Assembly (NCBI RefSeq): GCF_009914755.1 | Contig: NC_060927.1 | Origin: the human T2T-CHM13v2.0 reference genome, Homo sapiens | Strand: one strand, 5' to 3' | DNA length: 64,000 nucleotides | Shown: positions 14,720 to 27,289 of the stretch, one piece after another | Numbering within the stretch: position 1 is the stretch's first letter | Layout: the number at the start of each line of letters is the position of its first letter | Translations under genes and position numbers: made by a program | The notes under the pieces: model-generated | Seen by the model: the letters and a program-made list of their open reading frames with translations, nothing else | Database searches by the model: none | Told to the model about the DNA's origin: nothing

Positions 14720-14945
14720 ATACAGTGGGAAGGTCATGAGCTTTGGCGTAGGAGAAACGCAAGGTCAAATCTCAACTCTGCCACTTACTAACTATGCAAG
14801 CTTAGACAATGTTACCTAACTGCTTAAAAACTGTTTGTACTTATAAAATGGAGACAATTACCCCACCTCACTAGATTGTAGTATAAATTAACTAAGAAGT
14901 CTGCACAGTGTATGATACATGATGAGTTGCCATCAACATGGTAGT
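14720..14945 (+). mobile_element. MIR
   Basis: GTCAAATCTCAACTCTGCCACTTACTAACTATG..TATAAAATGGAGACAAT. Confidence 0.65.
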
Positions 14946-14959
14946 TACTCCACCCAGAT

Positions 14960-15327
14960 GCCCTTGGACACTTCTTACTTGTTCTATGCACCTGTCTCCC
15001 ACCTTTTTTGTGCTTCAGCTTTAAAGGCTGACACCAACAATCTTTCTCTGAGAACCGCCTTTGGGCTACTGGAGCTGCATTGACCTAAGCACAGACAGCC
15101 CAGAGATGTAAGTCCTCACAGAGATGGCTGTAGTCAATGCCTGACTGGAAGCCCAGCTCCTTTTGCCTGCGGTTGACACTAACTCAGAAGGGGTATGTGT
15201 GCTCCGGAGCTCCGTGCACTCTTCCCCTACTCTCTTTCTGTCTTTTCCTGAGATTGCTGACTTAATAACATATTTGACATGAATCTTTATCTTAGGGTTT
15301 GCTTTTGTAAACCTGACCTAGGATACA
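14960..15327 (+). mobile_element. ERVL LTR, LTR16-like
   Basis: GAACCGCCTTTGGGCTACTGGAGC, GAAGCCCAGCTCCTTTTGCC and end CTTAGGGTTTGCTTT..ACCTGACCTAGGATACA; start approximate. Confidence 0.55.
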
Positions 15328-15395
15328 AGCACTCCCAAAACAGCAACTGTTGTTATAACCCAGAGTGACATAAAGATAAATGTTAAAAATTGCCA

Positions 15396-15704
15396 GCCGG
15401 GTGTGGTGGCTCACGTCTGTAATCCCAGCACTTTGGGAGGCCGAGGCAGATCACCTGAGGTCAGGAGTTTGAGACTGGTCTGACAAACATGTTGAAACCA
15501 CATGTCTACTAAAAATATAAAAAATTAGCCAGGCATGGTGGCAGGTGCCTGTAATCCCAGCTACTTGTGAGGCTGAGGCAGGAGAATTACTTGAACCTAG
15601 AGGCACAGGTTGCAGGGAGCCTAGATCACACCATTGCACTCCAGCCTGGGTGATAAGAGTTAAAATATATATATATATATATATAAAATGAATGAATAAA
15701 TAAA
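15396..15704 (+). mobile_element. AluS (Sq/Sx-like) with tail converted to (TA)n/(AATG)/(AAAT)
   Basis: Dimeric Alu; 12-bp TSD TAAAAATTGCCA 15384-15395 / 15705-15716. Confidence 0.95.
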
Positions 15705-15804
15705 TAAAAATTGCCATGCTCTCTGTCTCTCTGTGGTAATCCTCTCCGTATTTTTCTTGTCTGGCCTTCACTATACTTTACCTCCTAAATATGTTTATCC
15801 TAGG

Positions 15805-16249
15805 TGCCGTGGTTTGGATGTTTGCCTCTTCCAAATCATATGTTGAAACCCCAATGTTGGAAGTGAGACCCAGTGGGAGGTGTTTGGGTCATGGGGGCAG
15901 ATCCCTCATTAACGGATTAATGCCCTCCTTTGGTGTTGAGTGAGTTCTCTCACTCTTAGTTCCTGGAAGAGCTGGTGACTGAACTGAAGTGAAAATTCAA
16001 TTGGCACCTCTCCACTCTCACCACCGACCCCTCCTACCACCACCATGTGATCCGGACCTCTGTACACACCAGCTCCCCGTCACCTTCTACCATGAGTAGA
16101 AGCATCCTGAGGCCCTCACCAGAATCAGATACCCAATCTTGAGCCCATGAACTTTCTAAAAATCAAATAATTAGCCAAATAAATTTTTTTCTCTATAAAT
16201 TACCCAGGCTCAGGTATTCCTTTATAGCAACACTAAATGGACTAAAATA
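15805..16249 (+). mobile_element. MSTB1-like MaLR solo LTR
   Basis: GGGAGGTGTTTGGGTCATGGGGGCAGATCCCTC..GGACTAAAATA; perfect TSD CTAGG 15800-15804 / 16250-16254. Confidence 0.9.
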
Positions 16250-16689
16250 CTAGGAGAAAGGAGAATCAGCAGAACCTTTTTTTTTCTTTTGATAAAACAT
16301 ATGTGTGTTCATGTTCTTAACTTAGTAGCTGCCTCTTTATAGTTGGTTTGCTCAACACTTAGCATCTTGAGGGTGATTAACAAATGTAAAAATTCTGTTC
16401 AGCAATGTCTCACACAGATGAGAAGGATGTCTTCCATGAAAATCTTGTCCGGGGGACCCAAGATAACAGATGGGTCTATTCTGGGACTGGCAGATTCTGT
16501 CACATCTTGAGGACATTTTCCCCAAGGGAATGGGTGATTCTAAGGGGTAAATTCATTACATAATGTGCTGTTTTGCTGAAACCACTTTTCAGTCTCATGC
16601 TACAGAATTTCAAAGAACCTCTTTGAAGATTTTTTTCTTTTACTAAAGCAGATCTAGGCAATGCTAAGTCACTTATGACATGATAAATC

Positions 16690-16890
16690 TCAAGTTCAAA
16701 TGCAAGCTGTGCTGCTTACTAGCTGGGCGATGTTGGGTAAATTAATCTTCCTAAGCCTCAGTTTCCTTATCAGCATATTTGGAAAAGTAACTATTTTTAT
16801 CTCACAAGTTTGTTGTGAGGATTCCGTGAACTAATATACATAAAGCATGTAGCATAGCACAGTGCCTGGCACAAAATAAATGCACTTTGA
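16690..16890 (+). mobile_element. MIR
   Basis: CTTCCTAAGCCTCAGTTTCCTTATC..GTTGTGAGGATT..GCACAGTGCCTGGCACA. Confidence 0.75.
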
Positions 16891-17189
16891 CAGTTATGTT
16901 TTTTGTTGCTATTGTTATTTTTCTTGTTTTAACACTTTCATTCTCCTGCTCTCATAAATGAGCAACAACAACAACAAAACAGACCTAATTTGATAAACCT
17001 AGGATGTCTGTCCTAGATAAAGAAGGTTAGAGGATGGGATAGTCATTATTAAGGTTGAGGAGCTATAAAGTAGGAGGCAGAATAGAGTCATTCAATTTGT
17101 ACAGGCAATTGAATGACTTGCAACAATTTGTAGAGTTCATATGAAGCTATTTCATCTCAATATGAATAGAATTGCCAAGAATTCATCAC

Positions 17190-17290
17190 TTTCCTACACT
17201 GGAATGGAGTCCTTGGGAGATGATAAGTTATCTATCATTGGGGACATTCAAGCAGGTACTGAATGATCACTTTCTGGGAATGCTGTATAT
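17190..17290 (+). mobile_element. L3/CR1 3' fragment
   Basis: TGGAATGGAGTCCTTGGGAG..ACATTCAAGCAGGTACTGAATGATCACTT..GGGAATGCTGTA resembles the L3 3' region. Confidence 0.5.
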
Positions 17291-18025
17291 ACCAGTTGAG
17301 CCTCATTTGGTTGTAGTTTGTTGCCATGTGGTTGCAATTACAAGGCACTTAAGCCAAGGGATAATTTATTATACCATAAGGTTACTTGCTGTCTTATGAA
17401 GTCCAGAGATAAGAATACAGACAGGACCCCAGTGCCTTCCTGTGTGTGTCTCTCCCATTACTGTATGTCTGCCTCTCTTCTCTGGCCACAGAGAGGCCTC
17501 CTGTGCATCTCAGTTTCCATGGCAGAATGTGAACACCAAAGCTTTACAAATTTTATACCTTACATGACAGGTACCCAAAATGTTAATTGGTGCAATGTTT
17601 TTGGGTTATCAAAAATCCAGATTCCTTTGGAAGAAACTATGCTTGTGTTAGCTGCAATCTGGACCGATCATATATGGCCAGGGAGTAGAGTCCCACTGTA
17701 TTAACATTGCCTCCCACAGTAACTACTGAAGGCAACAGAGGGTGAAGAGACAGTGCCACAGAGAAGGCAGAAGTTCTCAGAAGTGGGAAGAACATGAGGT
17801 ACTTCAGGATGGACAAAATAAAAATGAGTCTTCACTACACCCTAGAGGGGATGGAAAGTGGAGCCAGCTTCCTGCAACTTTCTTCTACTCTTACAATTCT
17901 ATTAGTCCAGAGTAAGACTTTTTCAAATTAATGATTTGAAAAATCAGTCTGAAACATTAAAACTTACAAAAATCACTCACTTATTTCTTCAAATTAACAA
18001 TGATTTAGCCATATGAAGACAGGTA

Positions 18026-18194
18026 CCACATTTCATTGAATATAACACACCATTGATTATAAAACACACCGTTGTTTTATGTACTACTAAGAAAGAAAAA
18101 AATGCCAAATGCAGATGTAAGGTGTTATCAAGTGTAACAATTTCAGAGGTGTTAAATTGTGAAGATATGAGCATCTTAGAATCAATGAGATATA
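18026..18194 (-). mobile_element. MER104-like TcMar-Tc2 MITE
   Basis: Inverted termini CCACATTTCATTGAAT / ATCTTAGAATCAATGAGATA, preceded by TA; internal GTACTACTAAGAAAGAAAAAATGCC. Confidence 0.65.
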
Positions 18195-18269
18195 AAAAAT
18201 TAGTTTGATCATTCTGTGTGTTTCAACATAGGCCTTCTACTTTCCTTCATTTTACAAATGAGGTTTGAG

Positions 18270-19020
18270 GCAGTTAAGCAAACATTTAATGAGTATATGT
18301 AGGCACTCTAAAGGAGTAGGAGATGCAGAAATGCTTAGAAAATCATCCCCATCTTCTAAGAATTTACAGGAATAGAGGAGACAGTCATAGAAACAAATAA
18401 CTACCATACAGATGCTCATGATCTAATAAGCTTTCCTTAAGTTTCTGGAATGCAACAAGATCTTTTCTACCTCAGGACCTTTGTATATGCCATTCCTTTG
18501 CCAGGGACACTTCCTCTGCTTTATCTGGCTAACTGCTACTCATCATTCAACTACTTTGATCTAATTTCCATAGGGACCCACACAGGAGCCTGTTGGCAGT
18601 TTCTACCAAACACAGCTCTTTTCTCTCGAAACTCTTATTCTCACTATAGCTGAAACTGATGTTGTTTATTTGTTTGGGGTGTCTTTTTATTTAGCTGGAG
18701 AAATTTCTTACACATTTTCCATAAATACATATGTTAGCTATATACAAGCAATTCTGGAAAAGTCCCTGTAAACTCTGAGGACAATAGGTGCTAAAGGGGC
18801 TCAGACATAGGTAAGATTTTATCTGGTAAGGAGAATCAGAAAAGGTTTCATGGAGAAGTAACATTTGAGCTAGGCTTTGCAGGATCTCAGTAGATAAATG
18901 TTGTGGAAAGAAAATCCAGGTAGAGATACTGGAATGGTTCAGGGCCAGAAGTGGAAAAGATACAGGCATCTTTGGGGAACAGCTGTTAGTAAAGTTTGGT
19001 AAGTTGGAAAGGTCGATTGA
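18270..19020. mobile_element. Several degenerate L2 fragments in both orientations
   Basis: CCTCAGGACCTTTGTATATGCCATTCC (+); AAGGTTTCATGGAGAAGTAACATTTGAGCTAGG (-). Confidence 0.55.
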
Positions 19021-19034
19021 GGATAGACTGAGAG

Positions 19035-22000
19035 AAGAGATGAATTTACCATCAAATTAATGATGCTTAATACCCTTCATTTGCCTGGCCCCTTCCAAGG
19101 CTGTTGAGGTTCTGCTCCAGAGACACAAGGAAGAAGCAGGAGCCTTAGCAGCCCTGCTTCAGCCTCAAGGCCACCTCTTATGGTCACCTGGGGCCCCACT
19201 TCCAGCAGTACCTCCATATCCACCCAGCCCTCAGCAAAAATTGCTTCCAAGAAGAAGGATCTAAAAGAGATGCTGGAAGCCCCACCGAGTTGGAGCTCCT
19301 CCTCTGGTGGAACTGATTCAGAGGATCATGGCAGACAGGAGGCAGGATTACATTGCAGCTCTGGACAGAGCAGCATGCGGAGGCTTGCATTGTGAATGTT
19401 AGCTCCAGATCTACTGCAAGAACAAGCCAGCAATCACGAGAGGACCCACAGATCCTCTGAAGGAAGCAGACTGTTCCTGCAGGACCAGTGAGACACCCCA
19501 AATACTGTGAGTGCCCCAACTGTGAATGCAGGTCTGGTGAGACACCCCAAATACTGTGAGTTCCCCAACTGCGAACACACACCCCCACTGGAGAAGCTGA
19601 AGGTCTATTTGCGAGAGACGTTCCCAACTTTACCTGGAGCTGAGTCAAATTAGAGAGCCAAGCAAAATACAGGGGTAGAGGAAGCGGCAGAAAGACCCTG
19701 GGAGCTCGCTGGGTCCCCAAGCAGCCCATCCCTGCCTGGCACCACAGGGATCCATCAGAAGTGGAAAGAGCCCTAAACGCCTAGATCAAAAAGACTGAAA
19801 GAGTATAAACTGACAAGGTCACATCTCAAGGAACTAGACAAACAAGAACAAACCAAAGCCAAACTCAGCAGAAGAAAGGAAATAACGAAGATCAGAGCAG
19901 AACTAAACGAAATTGAAACAAACAAAAAAAAATACAAAAGATAAATGAAACAAAAAGCTGGTTCATTGCAAAGATAAATAAAAGTGATAGAACATTAGCA
20001 AGATTAACCAAGAAAAGAAGAGAGAAAATCCAAATAACCTCACTAAGGAATGAAACAGGAAATACTACAACTGATACCACTGAAATACAAAAGGTCATTC
20101 AAGGCTACTATGAACAACTTTATGCACATAAAGTAGAAAACCTAGAAGAGATGGATAAATTCCTGGAAAAATACAACCCTCCTAGCTTAAATCAGGAAGA
20201 ATTAGATACCCTGAACAGACCAATAACAAGCAGTGAGATTGAAACGGTAATTTGAAAATTACCAAAAAAAAAAAATCCAGGACCAGACGGATTCACAGCA
20301 GAATTCTACCAGACATTCAAAGAAGAATTAGGACCAACGCTATTGATACTATTGCACAAGATAAAAAAAGAAGGAACCCACCCTAATTCATTCTATGAAA
20401 CCAGCATCAGCCTAATACCAAGAACGGGAAAGGACGTAACCAAAAAAAGAAAAAATCCAGATAGATATCCTTGATAAACATAGATGCTAAAATCCTTAAC
20501 AAAATACTAGCTAACCGAATCCAACAACATATCAAAAAGATAATCCACCATGATCAAGTGGATTTCATACCAGGGATGCAGAGATTGTTTAACATACGCA
20601 AGTCAATAAATGTGATACATCACATAAACAGAATTAAAAACAAATTCACATGATAATCTCAATAGATGCAGAAGCAGCATTTGACACAACTCAGCATCCC
20701 TTTGTGATTAAAATTCTTAGCAAAATTGGCATACAAAGGACATAACTTAATGTAATAAAAGCCATCTATGATAAACCCACAGCCAACATAATACTGAATG
20801 GGGAAAAGTTGAAAGCATTCCCTCTGAGAACTGGAACAAGATAAGGATGCCCACTCTCACCACTCCTCTTCAACATAGTACTGGAAGTCCTAGCCAGAGC
20901 AATCAGACAAGAGAAAGAAATAAAGGGCACCCAAATCAGGAAAGAGGAAGTCGAACTGTCACTGTTTGCTGACGATATGATCCTTTACCTCAAAAATCCT
21001 AAAGTCTCCTCCAGAAGGCTCCTAGAACTAATAAAATAATTCAGCACAGTTTCCAGATACAAGATTAATGTACACAAATCAACAGCTCTTCTATACACCA
21101 ACAGTGACCAAGCAGAGAATCAAATCAAGAATTCAACCCCTTATACAATAGCTGCAATAAAATAAAATACTTAGGAATATACTTAACAAAGGAGTCAAAA
21201 TACCTCCACAAGGTAAACTACAAAACACTGCTGAAAGACGTCATAGATGAAACAAACAAATGGAAACACATCCCATGTTCATGGATGGGTAGAATCAATA
21301 TGCGAAAATGACCAGACTGCCAAGAGCAATGTACAAATTCATACAAAATCCCCAACAGAATACTAACATCATTCTTCACAGAATTAGAAAACACAATTCA
21401 AAAATTCATATGGAACCCAAAAGGAGCCTGCATAGCCAAAGCAACACTAAGCAAAAAGAACAAATCTGGAGGCATCACACTACCTGATTTCAAACTATAC
21501 TATAAGGTCACAGTCACCAAAACAGCGTGATACTGGTATAAAAATCGGTACATAGACCAATGGAACAGAATAAAGAACCCAGAAATAAAGCAAAATACTG
21601 AAGCCAACTGATCTTCGACAAAGTAAACAAAAACACAAAGTGGGGAAAGGACACCCTTTTCAACAAATGGTGCTGGGATAACTGGCTAGCCACATGTAGG
21701 AGAACGAAACTGGATCCTCATCTCTCACTTTATACAAAAATCAACTCAAGATGGATTAAGGACTTAAACCTAAGACCTGAAACTATAAAAATTCTAGAAA
21801 TAACTCTGGAAAAAACCCTTCTAGACATTGGCTTAGGCAAGGATTTCATGACCATGAACCCAAAAGCAAACGCAATAAAAACAAAATATCTTGGACCTAA
21901 TTAAAGAGCTTTTGCACGGCAAAAGGAACAGTCAGCAGAGTATAAAGACAACCCACAAAGTGGGAGAAAGTCTTCACAATCTAAACATCCGACAAAAGAC

Positions 22001-23567
22001 TAATATCCAGAATCTACAATGAACTCAAACTAATTGGTAACATAAAAACAAACAATTCCATCCAAAAGTGGGCTAAGGACATGAATAGATAGTTCACAAA
22101 AGAGGATATACAAATGGCCAATAAACAAATGAAAAAATGCTCAACATCGCTAATGATCAGGGAAATACAAATCAAAACCACAATGGGATACCACTTTACT
22201 CCTGCAAGAATAGCCATAATCAAAAAATTTTAAAAAAAAAAAACAGTAGATTTTGGCATAGATGCAGTGAAAAGGGAACACTTCTACACTGCTGGTGGGA
22301 ATGTAAGCTAGTACAGCCACTATGGAAAACAGAGTGGAGAGTCCTTAAAGAACTAAAAGTAGAACTACCATTTGATCCAGCAAGTCCACTACTGGGTATC
22401 TACCCAGAGGAAAAGAAGTCATTATACTAAAAAGATACTTGCATACGCATGTTTATAGCAGCACAATTCACAACTGCAAAATCGTGGAACCAACCCAAAT
22501 GCCTATCAATCAATGAGTGGATAAAGAAACTGTGGTGTATATATATGATGGAATACTATGCAGCCATAAAAAGGAATGAATTAACAGCATTTGCAGTGAC
22601 CTAGATGAGATTGGAGACTATTCTTCTAAGTGATATAACTCAGGAATGGAAAACCAAACATTGTATGTTCTCACCGACATGTGGGAGCTAAGCTATGAGG
22701 AGGCAAAGGCATAAGAATAATACAATAAACTTTGGGGACTTGGGGCGAAGAGTGGGAAGGGGGCAAGGGATAAAAGACTACAAATATGGTGCAGGGTGTA
22801 CTGCATACTGCTCAGGTGATGGGTGCATCAAAATCCCACAAATTACCACTAAAGAACTTACTCATGTAACCAAATACCACCTGTACCCCATACAGGTGGT
22901 ATTTTTCCATAGTTTTTCCATAACTTATGGAAAAATAAAATAATAATAATAAATTAAAAACGTGCTGCTCTTTGAAACATAGAAGAGAGGTGTTGGCAAA
23001 AGGATGGGACACTGAGTACCTTAGAAGCAAACCAGTTGCTCTAGCAGCAGCCCTGGAAGCTAAGCCAAGAGAAATCAAAAGAATGGGATTCTCTAAGGCT
23101 TGCCCTAGGGCAAGGAGCTCTTTCCAAGCAAATTCCTGCAGAGGAAGTTATAGATGTTGCCTTCTCAACACAAAGTTCTGAAGCAGAAAACTTTTTTAAA
23201 CAATTAGAAATGGATTTCTGTCAATCATGCTGGAGGAAAATGGAATTTTCTCTATAGAAAACTATATTACAAAATTATTGTCATATAAAGAGATGATCGA
23301 AGAGCATGTAACCAAATATGTAGGGATGGAGTATTATAGGGATGTAGTAGTATTTATAATAATAAGGCATTTTATGAACTTTGTGATGATTGTGATATTT
23401 ATTATCTTTTAAACAATTTATCATCGGTGTGTTTTCTATTCTCGTTTAGGATGAGTAAGTCTTTACTTTTCTATCTAACTTTTGAATTTGTAATTTTGTC
23501 TTCTTTTTAAAGAGACCTTCAAAAATGGTCTCAGCTGCAGGCCCCACAAAACCTGCATCTGACCCTG
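19035..23567 (+). mobile_element. Zaphod/MER115-type hAT-Tip100 DNA transposon, split by L1PB
   Basis: 5' end GATGAATTTACC..GGCCCCTTCCAAGGC; 3' end CAGGCCCCACAAAACCTGCATCTGACCCTG; 8-bp TSD ACTGAGAG 19027-19034 / GCTGAAAG 23568-23575; transposase C-terminal remnant near 23180-23330. Confidence 0.75.
19321..22960 (+). mobile_element. L1PB (L1PBa-type 5' UTR, L1PB1-type 3' end) with a large internal deletion
   Basis: 5' start GAGGATCATGGCAGACAGGAGGCAGG; joins ORF2 near 19765-19770; RT peptide [30 protein letters not shown]; 3' end ACCACTAAAGAACTTACTCATGTAACC plus A-rich tail; many stops and frameshifts; TSD not resolved. Confidence 0.9.
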
Positions 23568-24169
23568 GCTGAAAGCCTGGCCTGCCAGTCCCTAGGGCTG
23601 AGATCATATTCAGTCAGGAATAGAGGAGCAGAGAAGATGTCAACTAATCAGTTTCCTTGCTAATTTGTATGAGAATGAACATAAATCTTTATATAACAGT
23701 GTTGCAATTTTATCTTCCACAGGCAATGTTGATAATTACTTGGGAATTAAATGTCTTCTTTATTTTTTTTAAGTTTTCTTTTTACTCTGCTATTTTGCTG
23801 CAGGAATTTATCTGCTGATTCTCCATTTACAAACAGAAAGACTTGCCTATAAAGTATAAGTATTTTGCTCAGATCGAAGTTCCTTCCCTAGCATCATGAT
23901 GTTATTAATACATCACATCCATTTTATCCATATCACTTTTCCTGGGTTTGGCTACCAGCGCAGATTAATAGTTGTCTTTGCATTATGCAGTGGAACTTAA
24001 TTTCTATTTGAATGTTTAACACCATTGTAATTTAAGAATGATAAATGTTTCCCTTCCAGTCTCAAAATCAATATTCACAAAGTGGAGGAGATAGGCAGGA
24101 AGAAGGCAGTTAGAACTGGGGGCTGCCAAGAAACTGAGGGAAGATGAGGCAAAGCTGAAAGGCTGTAGC

Positions 24170-24480
24170 ACCGCTTAAGCACCTACTATGTGCCGGACAC
24201 TCTGCTAGGTATTTTACACAATAGAAATGGTAGTAATAAAAACTATATTAAAAACAGCAAACACTTACTGTACACTTATTCTGAGGTAAGCACTTTCTGT
24301 ATATTTCCTCAGTTGGTCTTCCTACTACTTCTATAAGGCAAATACTATTGCTATTATATTTCTTTTTATGGATGAGGACTCTGAAACTCAGAGAAGTTAA
24401 GTAACTTTCCCATAATCATAGAAATGGTGAGTGGAAAACTAAAGACTTGAATTTGGGTCTAAACCCAAAGTGGACCAAAT
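24170..24480 (-). mobile_element. MIR fragments
   Basis: GCACCTACTATGTGCCGGACAC; GATGAGGACTCTGAAACTCAGAGAAGTTAAGTAACTT. Confidence 0.7.
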
Positions 24481-24491
24481 ATTTAATCCCA

Positions 24492-25115
24492 TTTTATTAG
24501 CTTACTTAAAAAATTACCACAAACATACACCCATTTATTGTCTTACAGTTCTGTAGGTCAGAAATCTAGGTGGGCTCACCTTGGTTCTCTGCTTAAGTCC
24601 TCTGCTAAAATCAAGATGTTGGCCACACTGGGTTTTTATCTGGAGACCTTGGGGAAGAAACCACTTCTAAGCTAATTCAGGTTGTTGGCAGAATTCAGTT
24701 CTTAGAGACTGGGAGATGAAGGTCTCCATTTCTTCTCTAGCCATCAGTCACAGTCTGTTCTCAGCTTCTAGAGACTTCCCTCCATTCCTTGACACTTGGG
24801 GACCTCCATCATCAAGCCACCAATGGTACACTGACTCTTTCTCACACTTAGATTCTTTTTGACTTCCTCTGCTACTAGCCAGTGAAAATGCTTTGCTTTT
24901 AAATGATTGCTATGATTATACATGGCTCCCTCAGAAAATTTTCCTTTTGATAAACTCAAAGTTAACTGATGGTAGCCTTAATCACATCTGCAAAATTCCT
25001 TTGTGATGTAATGTGACTTAATCGTAGGTGTGATAGTTCATCCTATTTAAAGCTCAGGAGAACAGGAGAGAAAATCTTGGGTGCAAGAAAGAATCATGCA
25101 ATTTTCCCTACCACA
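24492..25115 (-). mobile_element. MLT1D/E-like MaLR LTR
   Basis: TTACAGTTCTGTAGGTCAGAAATC..TTCAGGTTGTTGGCAGAATTCAGTT..CTTAATCACATCTGCAAAAT..CCTACCACA. Confidence 0.75.
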
Positions 25116-27289
25116 CCCATACTATCCTCTGTACCACATATATGCTCCCTCATTTAGTCTTGTCCCCAGCTTTGTCAAGAAATTAGCATTTACTCTAGAA
25201 TGATGAGAAGCCAGGAATTATAGCCAGAATGATGGCTGGGGAAGAGAAAGCAAGAAATCTACATTTCACATGATGATAGCCTTATGCATATCATAGCACC
25301 AGTTCCCTCCCCATCACCATGCCTCACTGGGCCCTGCTCCAGCCATACCGGGGGTACTAAGAAGCATCATGAACTCTTCTGTAGGCCTTCATAGGTAAAC
25401 AGTTACCTCTGCCTAGAAATTTCCAGTGTGCTTCTGCTTGGCTCTTACTTTTCCTTCAGGTCTCCTTCAAACCCCTTCCTTTGGGAACCACTCCCTGTAC
25501 AAGACTGGAGTAGAAATTCCTTCTCTACCAATGCATCTTGTGCTTAACGCATTATAATATCACTTATCAACCTGTATTCTAACTCCTATCTTCTTACCTA
25601 GCACCACCCATTGACATAGTCTTTGTTGCTGGTCTAAACATCTTTTGCATAGCTTTAGATTATTTCTTCGTGGTTTGGGATTTTTGAACAAGTTAATTAC
25701 CTTTGGTTAAAAAATAAATAAATTCAGCCTTCAAAATAACGGTTTTAAAGGTGCAGCAGAAAAAAAAAAAAAAACACCCCCCAAAAGCCCTTACTTGTCT
25801 CTACAACACTTCTAAAATTCTCATTAATGTCATGACCTTCATAGTAGACATACTCCCACAGCTAATTATATTCATTTTTTCCTTCTTGTCTATTATTTTG
25901 ACACAAATTTGACTAAAAATAATCTCCAAGAAAAAAGACACTTGGAGCACCAAAGATTCATGGAGTATTTGTCTTTGGACTCCACGGTGTGCATTTATTG
26001 ACAAACTAAATAGGGAAATTAATAAGAGAAATGATGAGAACCTATTTGCAAATGTATGTCATGTCATCTTAAAGAAAAATATTAGGGAAGATATTCAAGT
26101 GGAAAAAATGTACTTAAATCTTAATTTAATAATTTTTAAAGTAATCATATTTCAAAAAGGTTATTATCAATTTGAGACTAAGAAGAAAGAAAGAAATATT
26201 TGAGAGACTCCAAGAAAGAGAAGAGTGGGTATCTAGACATAGAAAGAGTAAATTAACAAATTATTTACAAATAAGTATTGAGCTTTAAAGATACAGCAAT
26301 GAAAACATTATTCTGGGACCACCTGGACATATTTTTACAGAAATGAAAAATACATAAAATAATTAGAAAATCATTAGGAAGCAGCCATTAATGTTTGAAT
26401 CCAGAGACCTAACAAAGGAATGGGGTGGAGATAAAAGTTAAGAGACAAGACAGACAGAAAATGAAAATCTGATCTTTGAAGATGTTTCTTTTCTCCTCTA
26501 GCCACATCAGAATTGCCTTCAGTCAGGATTCTCTAAAATGTCTCAATGATTCAATTTTGTAGCCCAACTCTATTGGGTAAGGCAAGTTTTGGGAGGTAGA
26601 CCAAAATTTTACCTGAGACAACTTGATCTCAAATAGTGCAGAAATAAGTGAAATTTAATAATTTCCTGGCTAATTTGATCACTACATACAGGTAAATTTG
26701 ACCCAAAGTTTAAAATTCTTCATCTAGCTTTTCTCCAATCTCCACTAAAATAATAATAAAGACACAGAAAAAATACTAAAGCATGAAACACCAGAAAACA
26801 ATGCCTTTGGATATGCTACAGCCAGAATCTGGGATGCTTTGTCATCACCTTCAAGGCTGATGGAGTGAGCTTGAGAGGGATCTACGTGTCTTGCCTTGCC
26901 AGCCCACATAAGAGGTAGGAAGGCACTACACATCTCCTTGTCTCAGTTTGAGTCCTTTGGTTTCAACAAAGCCTGGTTAACTCAGTCCAAAAAGAATTTG
27001 TTAGAAGTAATTCTGAGATTCACAGAATCAACAGAAGACTGGAAAACCAGTCTTGAAAATGGCAGGACCCAAGATAGTGCAAGATGATAAATAAGATACC
27101 TGATGCTAAGCAGAGACCCTCATAAGACTTGTGCTAGGAAAAGTGAGGGATCGTAGTCATTTTTATTCACTTTCTCCTTTTGCTCCAGGAAGAAAACATC
27201 TGATTGGTCTGGTTTGGAAAGTTGTGTCTGAGTGTAGGCCAAAGAAGTGTGGAGCTCCTTACTACAATCCCATCAGATGTATCCAGTGA

